This document shows positions 12,601 through 28,500 of a DNA stretch of 64,000 nt, in pieces (positions within the stretch are counted from its first letter, which is position 1; each line of letters begins with the position of its first letter). Origin of the DNA: Eledone cirrhosa (taxonomy: Eukaryota); contig OZ024742.1 of assembly GCA_964016885.1 (NCBI GenBank), forward strand, positions 168,702,001 to 168,766,000. Direction: 5' to 3'. Below the pieces are notes generated by a model. That model made no database searches, had not been told where the DNA came from, and worked only from the letters and a program-made list of their open reading frames with translations. Both the position numbers and the translations under genes were made by a program.

Positions 12601-15600
12601 CATTAAAAAATCCATTTAAAAAACCCATTAAAAAAATATATTAAAAAAATCCATTTAAAAAATCCATTAAAAAAAATCCATTAAAAAAAACCCATTAAAA
12701 AAAATCCATTTAAAAAAATCCATTAAAAAATCCATTAAAAACCCATTAAAAATCCATTAAAAATCCATTAAAAATCCATTTAAAAAACCCATTAAAAAAT
12801 CCATTTAAAAAATCCATTAAAAAAAATCCATTTAAAAAAACCCATTAAAAAAAATCCATTAAAAAACCCATTTAAAAAATCCATTAAAAAAAATCCATTA
12901 AAAAAATCCATTAAAAAAATCCATTTAAAAAAATCCATAAAAAAAAATCCGTTAAAAAAAATCCATTAAAAATCCATTAAAAATCCATTAAAAATCCATT
13001 AAAAATCCATTAAAAAATCCATTTAAAAAAATCCATTAAAAAAATCCATTAAAAAAATCCATTTAAAAAATCCATTAAAAAAAATCCATTAAAAAAAAAT
13101 CCATTAAAAAAAATCCATTTAAAAAAATCAATTTAAAAAAATCCATTAAAAATCCATTAAAAAAATCCATTTAAAAAAATCCATTAAAAACCCATTAAAA
13201 ATCCATTAAAAATCCATTAAAAATCCATTAAAAATCCATTTAAAAAACCCATTAATAAAATTCCATTAAAAAAATCCATTTAAAAAATCCATTAAAAAAA
13301 TCCATTAAAAAAAACCCATTAAAAAAAATCCATTAAAAAATCCATTTAAAAAATCCATTAAAAAATCCATTAAAAAAGTCCATTAAAAATCCATTAAAAA
13401 AATCCATTTAAAAAAAATCCATTAAAAACCCATTAAAAATCCATTAAAAATCCATTAAAAAATCCATTAAAAAAAATTCAATCAAAAACCCATAAAAGAA
13501 ACATTAAAACAGCATTTAAAAAACCCATTAAAAATTCATTAAAAAAATCCATTTAAAAAATCCATTAAAAATCCATTAAAAATCCATTAAAAATCCATTA
13601 AAAATCCATTAAAAATCTATTAAAAATCCATTAAAAATCCATTAAAAATCCATTAAAAATCCATTTAAAAAAATCCATTAAAAAAATCCATTAAAAAATC
13701 CATTTAAAAAATCCATTAAAAAAAATCCATTAAAAAAAACTCAATCAAAAACCCATAAAAGAAACATTAAAACACAGCATTTAAAAATCCATTAAAAAAA
13801 TCCATTAAAAAAAATCCATTAAAAAATCCATTAAAAATCCATTAAAAATCCATTTAAAATCCATTAAAAATCCATTAAAAAATTCATTTAAAAAAATCCA
13901 TTAAAAAAATCCATTAAAAAAATCAATTTAAAAAAATCCATTAAAAATCCATTAAAAAAATCCATTTAAAAAAATCCATTAAAAACCCATTAAAAATCCA
14001 TTAAAAATCCATTAAAAAATCCATTTAAAAAACCCATTAAAAAAAATCAATTAAAAAAAACCATTTAAAAAATCCATTAAAAAAATCCATTAAAAAAAAC
14101 CCATTAAAAAAAATCCATTAAAAAAATCCATTTAAAAAATCCATTAAAAAAAAATCCATTAAAAAAAATCCATAAAAAAATCCATTAAAAAAATCCATTA
14201 AAAAAAAATCCATTAAAAAAAATCCATTAAAAATCCATTAAAAAAATCCATTTAAAAAAATCCATTAAAAAATCCATTAAAAACCCATTAAAAATCCATT
14301 AAAAATCCATTAAAAAATCCATTTAAAAAACCCATTAAAAAAATCCATTAAAAAAATCCATTTAAAAAATCCATTTAAAAAATCCATTAAAAAAAATCCA
14401 TTTAAAAAAACCCATTAAAAAAAATCCATTAAAAAAATCCATTTAAAAAATCCATAAAAAAAAATCCATAAAAAAAATCCATTAAAAAAAATCCATTAAA
14501 AAAAAAATCCGTTAAAAAAAATCCATTAAAAATCCATTAAAAATCCATTAAAAATCCATTAAAAATCCATTAAAAATCCATTTAAAAAAATCCATTTAAA
14601 AAATCCATTAAAAAAATCCATTTAAAAAATCCATTAAAAAAAATCCATTAAAAAAAAATCCATTAAAAAAAATCCATTAAAAAAAATCAATTAAAAAAAA
14701 TCCATTAAAAATCCATTAAAAAAATCCATTTAAAAAAATCCATTAAAAACCCATTAAAAATCCATTAAAAATCCATTAAAAAATCCATTTAAAAAACCCA
14801 TAAAAAAAAATCCATTAAAAAAAACCCATTAAAAAATCCATTAAAAAAATCCATTTAAAAAATCCATAAAAAAAAATCCATTAAAAAAATCCATAAAAAA
14901 ATCCATTAAAAAAATCCATTAAAAAAAAATCCATTAAAAAAAATCCATTAAAAATCCATTAACAAAATCCATTTAAAAAAATCCATTAAAAAATCCATTA
15001 AAAACCCATTAAAAATCCATTAAAAATCCATTAAAAATCCATTAAAAAATCCATTTAAAAAACCATTAAAAAAATCCATTAAAAAAATCCATTTAAAAAA
15101 TCCATTAAAAAAATCCATTTAAAAAACCCATTAAAAAAAACCCATTAAAAAAATCCATTTAAAAAATCCATTAAAAAAATCCATTAAAAAAATCCATAAA
15201 AAAAATCCATTAAAAAAAATCCATTAAAAAAAAATCCGTTAAAAAAAATCCATTAAAAAAAAATCCGTTAAAAAAAATCCATTAAAAGCTCAATCAAAAA
15301 CCCATTAAAAACGCCATAAAAATCATTAAAATCCCATTAAAGATACATTAAAGGCCCATTAAAAACGCGATAAAAAATCCATTAAAAAAAAATCAATCAA
15401 AAACCCATAAAAGAAACATTAAAACAACATTTAAAAAATCCATTAAAAATCCATTAAAAAATCCATTTAAAAAAATCCATTAAAAAAAATCCTTTTAAAA
15501 AATCCATTTAAAAAATCCATTAAAAAACATCCATTAAAAATATCCATTTAAAAAAAAAGCCATTAAAAAAAATCCATTAAAAAAAATCCATTAAAAATCC

Positions 15601-18600
15601 ATTAAAAATCCATTTAAAAAATCCATTAAAAAATCCATTAAAAACCCATTAAAAATCCATTAAAAATCCATTAAAAATCCATTAAAAAATCCATTTAAAA
15701 AACCCATTAAAAAAATCCATTTAAAAAATCCATTAAAAAAAATCCATTTTAAAAAACCAATTAAAAAAAATCCATTAAAAAAATCCATTTAAAAAATCCA
15801 TTAAAAAAAATCCATAAAAAAATCCATTAAAAACAATCCATTAAAAAAAAATCCGTTAAAAAAAATCCATTAAAAATCCATTAAAAATCCATTAAAACAT
15901 CCATTTAAAAAAATCCATTAAAAAAATCCAAAAAAATCAATTAAAAAAATCCATTAAAAAAAATCCATTAAAAACAAAATCCATTAAAAAAAATCAATTT
16001 AATAAAATCCATTAAAAATCCATTAAAAAAATCCATTAAAAACCCATTAAAAATCCATTAAAAATCCATTAAAAAATCCATTTAAAAAACCCATTAAAAA
16101 AAATCCATTAAAAAAATCCATTTAAAAAATCCATAAAAAAAAATCCATTAAAAAAAACCCATTAAAAAAAATCCATTAAAAAAATCCATTTAAAAAATCC
16201 ATTAAAAAAAATCCATTAAAAAAAAATCCATAAAAAAATCCATTAAAAAAATCCATTAAAAAAAATCCATTAAAAAATATCCATTAAAAATCCCTTAAAA
16301 ATCCATTAAAAATCCATTAAAAATCCATTAAAAAATCCATTTAAAAAAATCCATTAAAAAAATCCATTAAAAAAATCCATTTAAAAAATCCATTTAAAAA
16401 ATCCAATAAAAAAAATCCATTAAAAAAATCCATTAAAAAAAAAGCCATTAAAAAAAAATCCATTAAAAAAAATCCATTAAAAATCCATTAAAAAATCCAT
16501 TTAAAAAAATCCATTAAAAAATCCATTAAAAATCCATTAAAAATCCATTAAAAAATCCATTTAAAAAACCCATTAAAAAAAATCCATTAAAAAAAACTCA
16601 ATCAAAAACCCATAAAAGAAACATTAAAACAACATTTAAAAAATCCATTAAAAAAATCCATTAAAAAAAATCCATTAAAAAATCCATTAAAAATCCATTA
16701 AAAATCCATTAAAAATCCATTAAAAATCCCTTAAAAATCCATTAAAAATCCATTAAAAAATCCATTTAAAAAAATCCATTAAAAAAATCCATTAAAAAAA
16801 TCCATTTAAAAAATCCATTAAAAAAAAATCCATTTAAAAAAAATCCATTAAAAAAAAATCCATTAAAAAAAAATCAATTTAAAAAAATCCATTAAAAATC
16901 CATTAAAAAAATCCATTAAAAAAAAATCCATTAAAAAAAATCCATTAAAAATCCATTAACAAAATCCATTTAAAAAAATCCATTAAAAAATCCATTGAAA
17001 ACCCATTAAAAATCCATTAAAAATCCATTAAAAATCCATTAAAAAATCCATTTAAAAAACCATTAAAAAAATCCATTAAAAAAATCCATTTAAAAAATCC
17101 ATTAAAAAAATCCATTTAAAAAACCCATTAAAAAAAAACCATTAAAAAAATCCATTTAAAAAATCCATTAAAAAAAATCCATTAAAAAAATCCATAAAAA
17201 AAATCCATTAAAAAAAATCCATTAAAAAAAAATCCGTTAAAAAAATCCATTAAAAAAAAAATCCGTTAAAAAAAATCCATTAAAAGCTCAATCAAAAACC
17301 CATTAAAAACGCCATAAAAATCATTAAAATCCCATTAAAGATACATTAAAGGCCCATTAAAAACGCGATAAAAAATCCATTAAAAAAATCCATTAAAAAA
17401 AAATCAATCAAAAACCCATAAAAGAAACATTAAAACAACATTTAAAAAATCCATTAAAAATCCATTAAAAAATCCATTTAAAAAAATCCATTAAAAAAAA
17501 TCCTTTTAAAAAATCCATTTAAAAAATCCATTAAAAAAAATCCATTAAAAATATCCATTTAAAAAAAAAGCCATTAAAAAAAATCCATTAAAAAAAATCC
17601 ATTAAAAATCCATTAAATATCCATTTAAAAAATCCATTAAAAAATCCATTAAAAACCCATTAAAAATCCATTAAAAATCCATTAAAAATCCATTAAAAAA
17701 TCCATTTAAAAAACCCATTAAAAAAATCCATTAAAAAAATCCATTTAAAAAATCCATTAAAAAAAATCCATTTAAAAAAACCCATTAAAAAAAATCCATT
17801 AAAAAAATCCATTTAAAAAATCCATTAAAAAAAATCCATAAAAAAATCCATTAAAAACAATCCATTAAAAAAAAATCCGTTAAAAAAAATCCATTAAAAA
17901 TCCATTAAAAATCCATTAAAACATCCATTTAAAAAAATCCATTAAAAAAATCCAAAAAAATCAATTAAAAAAATCCATTAAAAAAAATCCATTAAAAACA
18001 AAATCCATTAAAAAAAATCAATTTAATAAAATCCATTAAAAATCCATTAAAAAAATCCATTAAAAACCCATTAAAAATCCATTAAAAATCCATTAAAAAT
18101 CCCTTAAAAATCCATTAAAAATCCATTAAAAATCCATTAAAAAATCCATTTAAAAAAATCCATTTAAAAAATCAATTAAAAAAATACATTTAAAAAATCC
18201 ATTTAAAAAATCCATTAAAAAAAAATCCATTAAAAAAAAATCCATTAAAAAAAAAATCCATTAAAAAAAATCCATTTAAAAAATCCATTAAAAATCCATT
18301 AAAAAAATCCATTTAAAAAAAGCCATTAAAAACCCATTAAAAATCCATTAAAAATCCATTAAAAATCCATTAAAAAATCCATTTAAAAAACCCATTAAAA
18401 AAATATATTAAAAAAATCCATTTAAAAAATCCATTAAAAAAAATCCATTAAAAAAAACCCATTAAAAAAAATCCATTTAAAAAAATCCATTAAAAAATCC
18501 ATTAAAAACCCATTAAAAATCCATTACAAATCCATTAAAAATCCATTTAAAAAACCCATTAAAAAATCCATTTAAAAAATCCATTAAAAAAAATCCATTT

Positions 18601-19531
18601 AAAAAAACCCATTAAAAAAAATCCATTAAAAAACCCATTTAAAAAATCCATTAAAAAAAATCCATTAAAAAAATCCATTAAAAAAATCCATTTAAAAAAA
18701 TCCATTAAAAAAAATCCGTTAAAAAAAATCCATTAAAAATCCATTAAAAATCCATTAAAAATCCATTAAAAATCCATTAAAAAATCCATTTAAAAAAATC
18801 CATTAAAAAAATCCATTAAAAAAATCCATTTAAAAAATCCATTAAAAAAAATCCATTAAAAAAAAATCCATTAAAAAAAATCCATTTAAAAAAATCAATT
18901 TAAAAAAATCCATTAAAAATCCATTAAAAAAATCCATTTAAAAAAATCCATTAAAAACCCATTAAAAATCCATTAAAAATCCATTAAAAATCCATTAAAA
19001 ATCCATTTAAAAAACCCATTAATAAAATTCCATTAAAAAAATCCATTTAAAAAATCCATTAAAAAAATCCAAAAAAAACCCATTAAAAAAAATCCATTAA
19101 AAAATCCATTTAAAAAATCCATTAAAAAAAATTCATTAAAAAAAATCCATAAAAAAATCCATTAAAAAAGTCCATTAAAAATCCATTAAAAAAATCCATT
19201 TAAAAAAAATCCATTAAAAACCCATTAAAAATCCATTAAAAATCCATTAAAAAATCCATTAAAAAAAATTCAATCAAAAACCCATAAAAGAAACATTAAA
19301 ACAGCATTTAAAAAACCCATTAAAAATTCATTAAAAAAATCCATTTAAAAAATCCATTAAAAATCCATTAAAAATCCATTAAAAATCCATTAAAAATCCA
19401 TTAAAAATCTATTAAAAATCCATTAAAAATCCATTAAAAATCCATTAAAAATCCATTTAAAAAAATCCATTAAAAAAATCCATTAAAAAATCCATTTAAA
19501 AAATCCATTAAAAAAAATCCATTAAAAAAAA

Positions 19532-22500
19532 CTCAATCAAAAACCCATAAAAGAAACATTAAAACACAGCATTTAAAAATCCATTAAAAAAATCCATTAA
19601 AAAAAATCCATTAAAAAATCCATTAAAAATCCATTAAAAATCCATTAAAAATCCATTTAAAATCCATTAAAAATCCATTAAAAAATTCATTTAAAAAAAT
19701 CCATTAAAAAAATCCATTAAAAAAATCAATTTAAAAAAATCCATTAAAAATCCATTAAAAAAATCCATTTAAAAAAATCCATTAAAAACCCATTAAAAAT
19801 CCATTAAAAATCCATTAAAAAATCCATTTAAAAAACCCATTAAAAAAAATCAATTAAAAAAAACCATTTAAAAAATCCATTAAAAAAATCCATTAAAAAA
19901 AACCCATTAAAAAAAATCCATTAAAAAAATCCATTTAAAAAATCCATTAAAAAAAAATCCATTAAAAAAAATCCATAAAAAAATCCATTAAAAAAATCCA
20001 TTAAAAAAAAATCCATTAAAAAAAATCCATTAAAAATCCATTAAAAAAATCCATTTAAAAAAATCCATTAAAAAATCCATTAAAAACCCATTAAAAATCC
20101 ATTAAAAATCCATTAAAAATCCATTAAAAAATCCATTTAAAAAACCCATTAAAAAAATCCATTAAAAAAATCCATTTAAAAAATCCATTTAAAAAATCCA
20201 TTAAAAAAAATCCATTTAAAAAAACCCATTAAAAAAAATCCATTAAAAAAATCCATTTAAAAAATCCATAAAAAAAAATCCATAAAAAAAATCCATTAAA
20301 AAAAATCCATTAAAAAAAAAATCCGTTAAAAAAAATCCATTAAAAATCCATTAAAAATCCATTAAAAATCCATTAAAAATCCATTTAAAAAAATCCATTT
20401 AAAAAATCCATTAAAAAAATCCATTTAAAAAATCCATTAAAAAAAATCCATTAAAAAAAAATCCATCAAAAAAAATCCATTAAAAAAAATCAATTAAAAA
20501 AAATCCATTAAAAATCCATTAAAAAAATCCATTAAAAACCCATTAAAAATCCATTAAAAATCCATTAAAAAATCCATTTAAAAAACCCATAAAAAAAAAT
20601 CCATTAAAAAAAACCCATTAAAAAATCCATTAAAAAAATCCATTTAAAAAATCCATAAAAAAAAATCCATTAAAAAAATCCATAAAAAAATCCATTAAAA
20701 AAATCCATTAAAAAAAAATCCATTAAAAAAAATCCATTAAAAATCCATTAACAAAATCCATTTAAAAAAATCCATTAAAAAATCCATTAAAAACCCATTA
20801 AAAATCCATTAAAAATCCATTAAAAATCCATTAAAAAATCCATTTAAAAAACCATTAAAAAAATCCATTAAAAAAATCCATTTAAAAAATCCATTAAAAA
20901 AATCCATTTAAAAAACCCATTAAAAAAAACCCATTAAAAAAATCCATTTAAAAAATCCATTAAAAAAATCCATTAAAAAAATCCATAAAAAAAATCCATT
21001 AAAAAAAATCCATTAAAAAAAAATCCGTTAAAAAAAATCCATTAAAAAAAAATCCGTTAAAAAAAATCCATTAAAAGCTCAATCAAAAACCCATTAAAAA
21101 CGCCATAAAAATCATTAAAATCCCATTAAAGATACATTAAAGGCCCATTAAAAACGCGATAAAAAATCCATTAAAAAAAAATCAATCAAAAACCCATAAA
21201 AGAAACATTAAAACAACATTTAAAAAATCCATTAAAAATCCATTAAAAAATCCATTTAAAAAAATCCATTAAAAAAAATCCTTTTAAAAAATCCATTTAA
21301 AAAATCCATTAAAAAAAATCCATTAAAAATATCCATTTAAAAAAAAAGCCATTAAAAAAAATCCATTAAAAAAAATCCATTAAAAATCCATTAAAAATCC
21401 ATTTAAAAAATCCATTAAAAAATCCATTAAAAACCCATTAAAAATCCATTAAAAATCCATTAAAAATCCATTAAAAAATCCATTTAAAAAACCCATTAAA
21501 AAAATCCATTAAAAAAATCCATTTAAAAAATCCATTAAAAAAAATCCATTTAAAAAAACCCATTAAAAAAAATCCATTAAAAAAATCCATTTAAAAAATC
21601 CATTAAAAAAAATCCATAAAAAAATCCATTAAAAACAATCCATTAAAAAAAAATCCGTTAAAAAAAATCCATTAAAAATCCATTAAAAATCCATTAAAAC
21701 ATCCATTTAAAAAAATCCATTAAAAAAATCCAAAAAAATCAATTAAAAAAATCCATTAAAAAAAATCCATTAAAAACAAAATCCATTAAAAAAAATCAAT
21801 TTAATAAAATCCATTAAAAATCCATTAAAAAAATCCATTAAAAACCCATTAAAAATCCATTAAAAATCCATTAAAAAATCCATTTAAAAAAAGCCATTAA
21901 AAACCCATTAAAAATCCATTAAAAATCCATTAAAAATCCATTAAAAAATCCATTTAAAAAACCCATTAAAAAAATATATTAAAAAAATCCATTTAAAAAA
22001 TCCATTAAAAAAAATCCATTAAAAAAAACCCATTAAAAAAAATCCATTTAAAAAAATCCATTAAAAAATCCATTAAAAACCCATTAAAAATCCATTAAAA
22101 ATCCATTAAAAATCCATTTAAAAAACCCATTAAAAAATCCATTTAAAAAATCCATTAAAAAAAATCCATTTAAAAAAACCCATTAAAAAAAATCCATTAA
22201 AAAACCCATTTAAAAAATCCATTAAAAAAAATCCATTAAAAAAATCCATTAAAAAAATCCATTTAAAAAAATCCATTAAAAAAAATCCGTTAAAAAAAAT
22301 CCATTAAAAATCCATTAAAAATCCATTAAAAATCCATTAAAAATCCATTAAAAAATCCATTTAAAAAAATCCATTAAAAAAATCCATTAAAAAAATCCAT
22401 TTAAAAAATCCATTAAAAAAAATCCATTAAAAAAAAATCCATTAAAAAAAATCCATTTAAAAAAATCAATTTAAAAAAATCCATTAAAAATCCATTAAAA

Positions 22501-25500
22501 AAATCCATTTAAAAAAATCCATTAAAAACCCATTAAAAATCCATTAAAAATCCATTAAAAATCCATTAAAAATCCATTTAAAAAACCCATTAATAAAATT
22601 CCATTAAAAAAATCCATTTAAAAAATCCATTAAAAAAATCCATTAAAAAAAACCCATTAAAAAAAATCCATTAAAAAATCCATTTAAAAAATCCATTAAA
22701 AAAAATTCATTAAAAAAAATCCATAAAAAAATCCATTAAAAAAGTCCATTAAAAATCCATTAAAAAAATCCATTTAAAAAAAATCCATTAAAAACCCATT
22801 AAAAATCCATTAAAAATCCATTAAAAAATCCATTAAAAAAAATTCAATCAAAAACCCATAAAAGAAACATTAAAACAGCATTTAAAAAACCCATTAAAAA
22901 TTCATTAAAAAAATCCATTTAAAAAATCCATTAAAAATCCATTAAAAATCCATTAAAAATCCATTAAAAATCCATTAAAAATCTATTAAAAATCCATTAA
23001 AAATCCATTAAAAATCCATTAAAAATCCATTTAAAAAAATCCATTAAAAAAATCCATTAAAAAATCCATTTAAAAAATCCATTAAAAAAAATCCATTAAA
23101 AAAAACTCAATCAAAAACCCATAAAAGAAACATTAAAACACAGCATTTAAAAATCCATTAAAAAAATCCATTAAAAAAAATCCATTAAAAAATCCATTAA
23201 AAATCCATTAAAAATCCATTAAAAATCCATTTAAAATCCATTAAAAATCCATTAAAAAATTCATTTAAAAAAATCCATTAAAAAAATCCATTAAAAAAAT
23301 CAATTTAAAAAAATCCATTAAAAATCCATTAAAAAAATCCATTTAAAAAAATCCATTAAAAACCCTTTAAAAATCCATTAAAAATCCATTAAAAAATCCA
23401 TTTAAAAAACCCATTAAAAAAAATCAATTAAAAAAAACCATTTAAAAAATCCATTAAAAAAATCCATTAAAAAAAACCCATTAAAAAAAATCCATTAAAA
23501 AAATCCATTTAAAAAATCCATTAAAAAAAAATCCATTAAAAAAAATCCATAAAAAAATCCATTAAAAAAATCCATTAAAAAAAAATCCATTAAAAAAAAT
23601 CCATTAAAAATCCATTAAAAAAATCCATTTAAAAAAATCCATTAAAAAATCCATTAAAAACCCATTAAAAATCCATTAAAAATCCATTAAAAATCCATTA
23701 AAAAATCCATTTAAAAAACCCATTAAAAAAATCCATTAAAAAAATCCATTTAAAAAATCCATTTAAAAAATCCATTAAAAAAAATCCATTTAAAAAAACC
23801 CATTAAAAAAAATCCATTAAAAAAATCCATTTAAAAAATCCATAAAAAAAAATCCATAAAAAAAATCCATTAAAAAAAATCCATTAAAAAAAAAATCCGT
23901 TAAAAAAAATCCATTAAAAATCCATTAAAAATCCATTAAAAATCCATTAAAAATCCATTAAAAATCCATTTAAAAAAATCCATTTAAAAAATCCATTAAA
24001 AAAATCCATTTAAAAAATCCATTAAAAAAAATCCATTAAAAAAAAATCCATCAAAAAAAATCCATTAAAAAAAATCAATTAAAAAAAATCCATTAAAAAT
24101 CCATTAAAAAAATCCATTAAAAACCCATTAAAAATCCATTAAAAATCCATTAAAAAATCCATTTAAAAAACCCATAAAAAAAAATCCATTAAAAAAAACC
24201 CATTAAAAAATCCATTAAAAAAATCCATTTAAAAAATCCATAAAAAAAAATCCATTAAAAAAATCCATAAAAAAATCCATTAAAAAAATCCATTAAAAAA
24301 AAATCCATTAAAAAAAATCCATTAAAAATCCATTAACAAAATCCATTTAAAAAAATCCATTAAAAAATCCATTAAAAACCCATTAAAAATCCATTAAAAA
24401 TCCATTAAAAATCCATTAAAAAATCCATTTAAAAAACCATTAAAAAAATCCATTAAAAAAATCCATTTAAAAAATCCATTAAAAAAATCCATTTAAAAAA
24501 CCCATTAAAAAAAACCCATTAAAAAAATCCATTTAAAAAATCCATTAAAAAAATCCATTAAAAAAATCCATAAAAAAAATCCATTAAAAAAAATCCATTA
24601 AAAAAAAATCCGTTAAAAAAAATCCATTAAAAAAAAATCCGTTAAAAAAAATCCATTAAAAGCTCAATCAAAAACCCATTAAAAACGCCATAAAAATCAT
24701 TAAAATCCCATTAAAGATACATTAAAGGCCCATTAAAAACGCGATAAAAAATCCATTAAAAAAAAATCAATCAAAAACCCATAAAAGAAACATTAAAACA
24801 ACATTTAAAAAATCCATTAAAAATCCATTAAAAAATCCATTTAAAAAAATCCATTAAAAAAAATCCTTTTAAAAAATCCATTTAAAAAATCCATTAAAAA
24901 AAATCCATTAAAAATATCCATTTAAAAAAAAAGCCATTAAAAAAAATCCATTAAAAAAAATCCATTAAAAATCCATTAAAAATCCATTTAAAAAATCCAT
25001 TAAAAAATCCATTAAAAACCCATTAAAAATCCATTAAAAATCCATTAAAAATCCATTAAAAAATCCATTTAAAAAACCCATTAAAAAAATCCATTAAAAA
25101 AATCCATTTAAAAAATCCATTAAAAAAAATCCATTTAAAAAAACCCATTAAAAAAAATCCATTAAAAAAATCCATTTAAAAAATCCATTAAAAAAAATCC
25201 ATAAAAAAATCCATTAAAAACAATCCATTAAAAAAAAATCCGTTAAAAAAAATCCATTAAAAATCCATTAAAAATCCATTAAAACATCCATTTAAAAAAA
25301 TCCATTAAAAAAATCCAAAAAAATCAATTAAAAAAATCCATTAAAAAAAATCCATTAAAAACAAAATCCATTAAAAAAAATCAATTTAATAAAATCCATT
25401 AAAAATCCATTAAAAAAATCCATTAAAAACCCATTAAAAATCCATTAAAAATCCATTAAAAAATCCATTTAAAAAAAGCCATTAAAAACCCATTAAAAAT

Positions 25501-28500
25501 CCATTAAAAATCCATTAAAAATCCATTAAAAAATCCATTTAAAAAACCCATTAAAAAAATATATTAAAAAAATCCATTTAAAAAATCCATTAAAAAAAAT
25601 CCATTAAAAAAAACCCATTAAAAAAAATCCATTTAAAAAAATCCATTAAAAAATCCATTAAAAACCCATTAAAAATCCATTAAAAATCCATTAAAAATCC
25701 ATTTAAAAAACCCATTAAAAAATCCATTTAAAAAATCCATTAAAAAAAATCCATTTAAAAAAACCCATTAAAAAAAATCCATTAAAAAACCCATTTAAAA
25801 AATCCATTAAAAAAAATCCATTAAAAAAATCCATTAAAAAAATCCATTTAAAAAAATCCATTAAAAAAAATCCGTTAAAAAAAATCCATTAAAAATCCAT
25901 TAAAAATCCATTAAAAATCCATTAAAAATCCATTAAAAAATCCATTTAAAAAAATCCATTAAAAAAATCCATTAAAAAAATCCATTTAAAAAATCCATTA
26001 AAAAAAATCCATTAAAAAAAAATCCATTAAAAAAAATCCATTTAAAAAAATCAATTTAAAAAAATCCATTAAAAATCCATTAAAAAAATCCATTTAAAAA
26101 AATCCATTAAAAACCCATTAAAAATCCATTAAAAATCCATTAAAAATCCATTAAAAATCCATTTAAAAAACCCATTAATAAAATTCCATTAAAAAAATCC
26201 ATTTAAAAAATCCATTAAAAAAATCCATTAAAAAAAACCCATTAAAAAAAATCCATTAAAAAATCCATTTAAAAAATCCATTAAAAAAAATTCATTAAAA
26301 AAAATCCATAAAAAAATCCATTAAAAAAGTCCATTAAAAATCCATTAAAAAAATCCATTTAAAAAAAATCCATTAAAAACCCATTAAAAATCCATTAAAA
26401 ATCCATTAAAAAATCCATTAAAAAAAATTCAATCAAAAACCCATAAAAGAAACATTAAAACAGCATTTAAAAAACCCATTAAAAATTCATTAAAAAAATC
26501 CATTTAAAAAATCCATTAAAAATCCATTAAAAATCCATTAAAAATCCATTAAAAATCCATTAAAAATCTATTAAAAATCCATTAAAAATCCATTAAAAAT
26601 CCATTAAAAATCCATTTAAAAAAATCCATTAAAAAAATCCATTAAAAAATCCATTTAAAAAATCCATTAAAAAAAATCCATTAAAAAAAACTCAATCAAA
26701 AACCCATAAAAGAAACATTAAAACACAGCATTTAAAAATCCATTAAAAAAATCCATTAAAAAAAATCCATTAAAAAATCCATTAAAAATCCATTAAAAAT
26801 CCATTAAAAATCCATTTAAAATCCATTAAAAATCCATTAAAAAATTCATTTAAAAAAATCCATTAAAAAAATCCATTAAAAAAATCAATTTAAAAAAATC
26901 CATTAAAAATCCATTAAAAAAATCCATTTAAAAAAATCCATTAAAAACCCTTTAAAAATCCATTAAAAATCCATTAAAAAATCCATTTAAAAAACCCATT
27001 AAAAAAAATCAATTAAAAAAAACCATTTAAAAAATCCATTAAAAAAATCCATTAAAAAAAACCCATTAAAAAAAATCCATTAAAAAAAGCCATTTAAAAA
27101 ATCCATTAAAAAAAAATCCATTAAAAAAAATCCATAAAAAAATCCATTAAAAAAATCCATTAAAAAAAAATCCATTAAAAAAAATCCATTAAAAATCCAT
27201 TAAAAAAATCCATTTTAAAAAATCCATTAAAAAATCCATTAAAAACCCATTAAAAATCCATTAAAAATCCATTAAAAATCCATTAAAATATCCATTTAAA
27301 AAACCCATTAAAAAAATCCATTAAAAAAATCCATTTAAAAAATCCATTTAAAAAATCCATTAAAAAAAATCCATTTAAAAAAACCCATTAAAAAAAATCC
27401 ATTAAAAAAATCCATTTAAAAAATCCATAAAAAAAAATCCATAAAAAAAATCCATTAAAAAAAATCCATTAAAAAAAAAATCCGTTAAAAAAAATCCATT
27501 AAAAATCCATTAAAAATCCATTAAAAATCCATTAAAAATCCATTAAAAATCCATTTAAAAAAATCCATTTAAAAAATCCATTAAAAAAATCCATTTAAAA
27601 AATCCATTAAAAAAAATCCATTAAAAAAAAATCCATCAAAAAAAATCCATTAAAAAAAATCAATTAAAAAAAATCCATTAAAAATCCATTAAAAAAATCC
27701 ATTAAAAACCCATTCAAAATCCATTAAAAATCCATTAAAAAATCCATTTAAAAAACCCATAAAAAAAAATCCATTAAAAAAAACCCATTAAAAAATCCAT
27801 TAAAAAAATCCATTTAAAAAATCCATAAAAAAAAATCCATTAAAAAAATCCATAAAAAAATCCATTAAAAAAATCCATTAAAAAAAAATCCATTAAAAAA
27901 AATCCATTAAAAATCCATTAACAAAATCCATTTAAAAAAATCCATTAAAAAATCCATTAAAAACCCATTAAAAATCCATTAAAAATCCATTAAAAATCCA
28001 TTAAAAAATCCATTTAAAAAACCATTAAAAAAATCCATTAAAAAAATCCATTTAAAAAATCCATTAAAAAAATCCATTTAAAAAACCCATTAAAAAAAAC
28101 CCATTAAAAAAATCCATTTAAAAAATCCATTAAAAAAATCCATTAAAAAAATCCATAAAAAAAATCCATTAAAAAAAATCCATTAAAAAAAAATCCGTTA
28201 AAAAAAATCCATTAAAAAAAAATCCGTTAAAAAAAATCCATTAAAAGCTCAATCAAAAACCCATTAAAAACGCCATAAAAATCATTAAAATCCCATTAAA
28301 GATACATTAAAGGCCCATTAAAAACGCGATAAAAAATCCATTAAAAAAAAATCAATCAAAAACCCATAAAAGAAACATTAAAACAACATTTAAAAAATCC
28401 ATTAAAAATCCATTAAAAAATCCATTTAAAAAAATCCATTAAAAAAAATCCTTTTAAAAAATCCATTTAAAAAATCCATTAAAAAAAATCCATTAAAAAT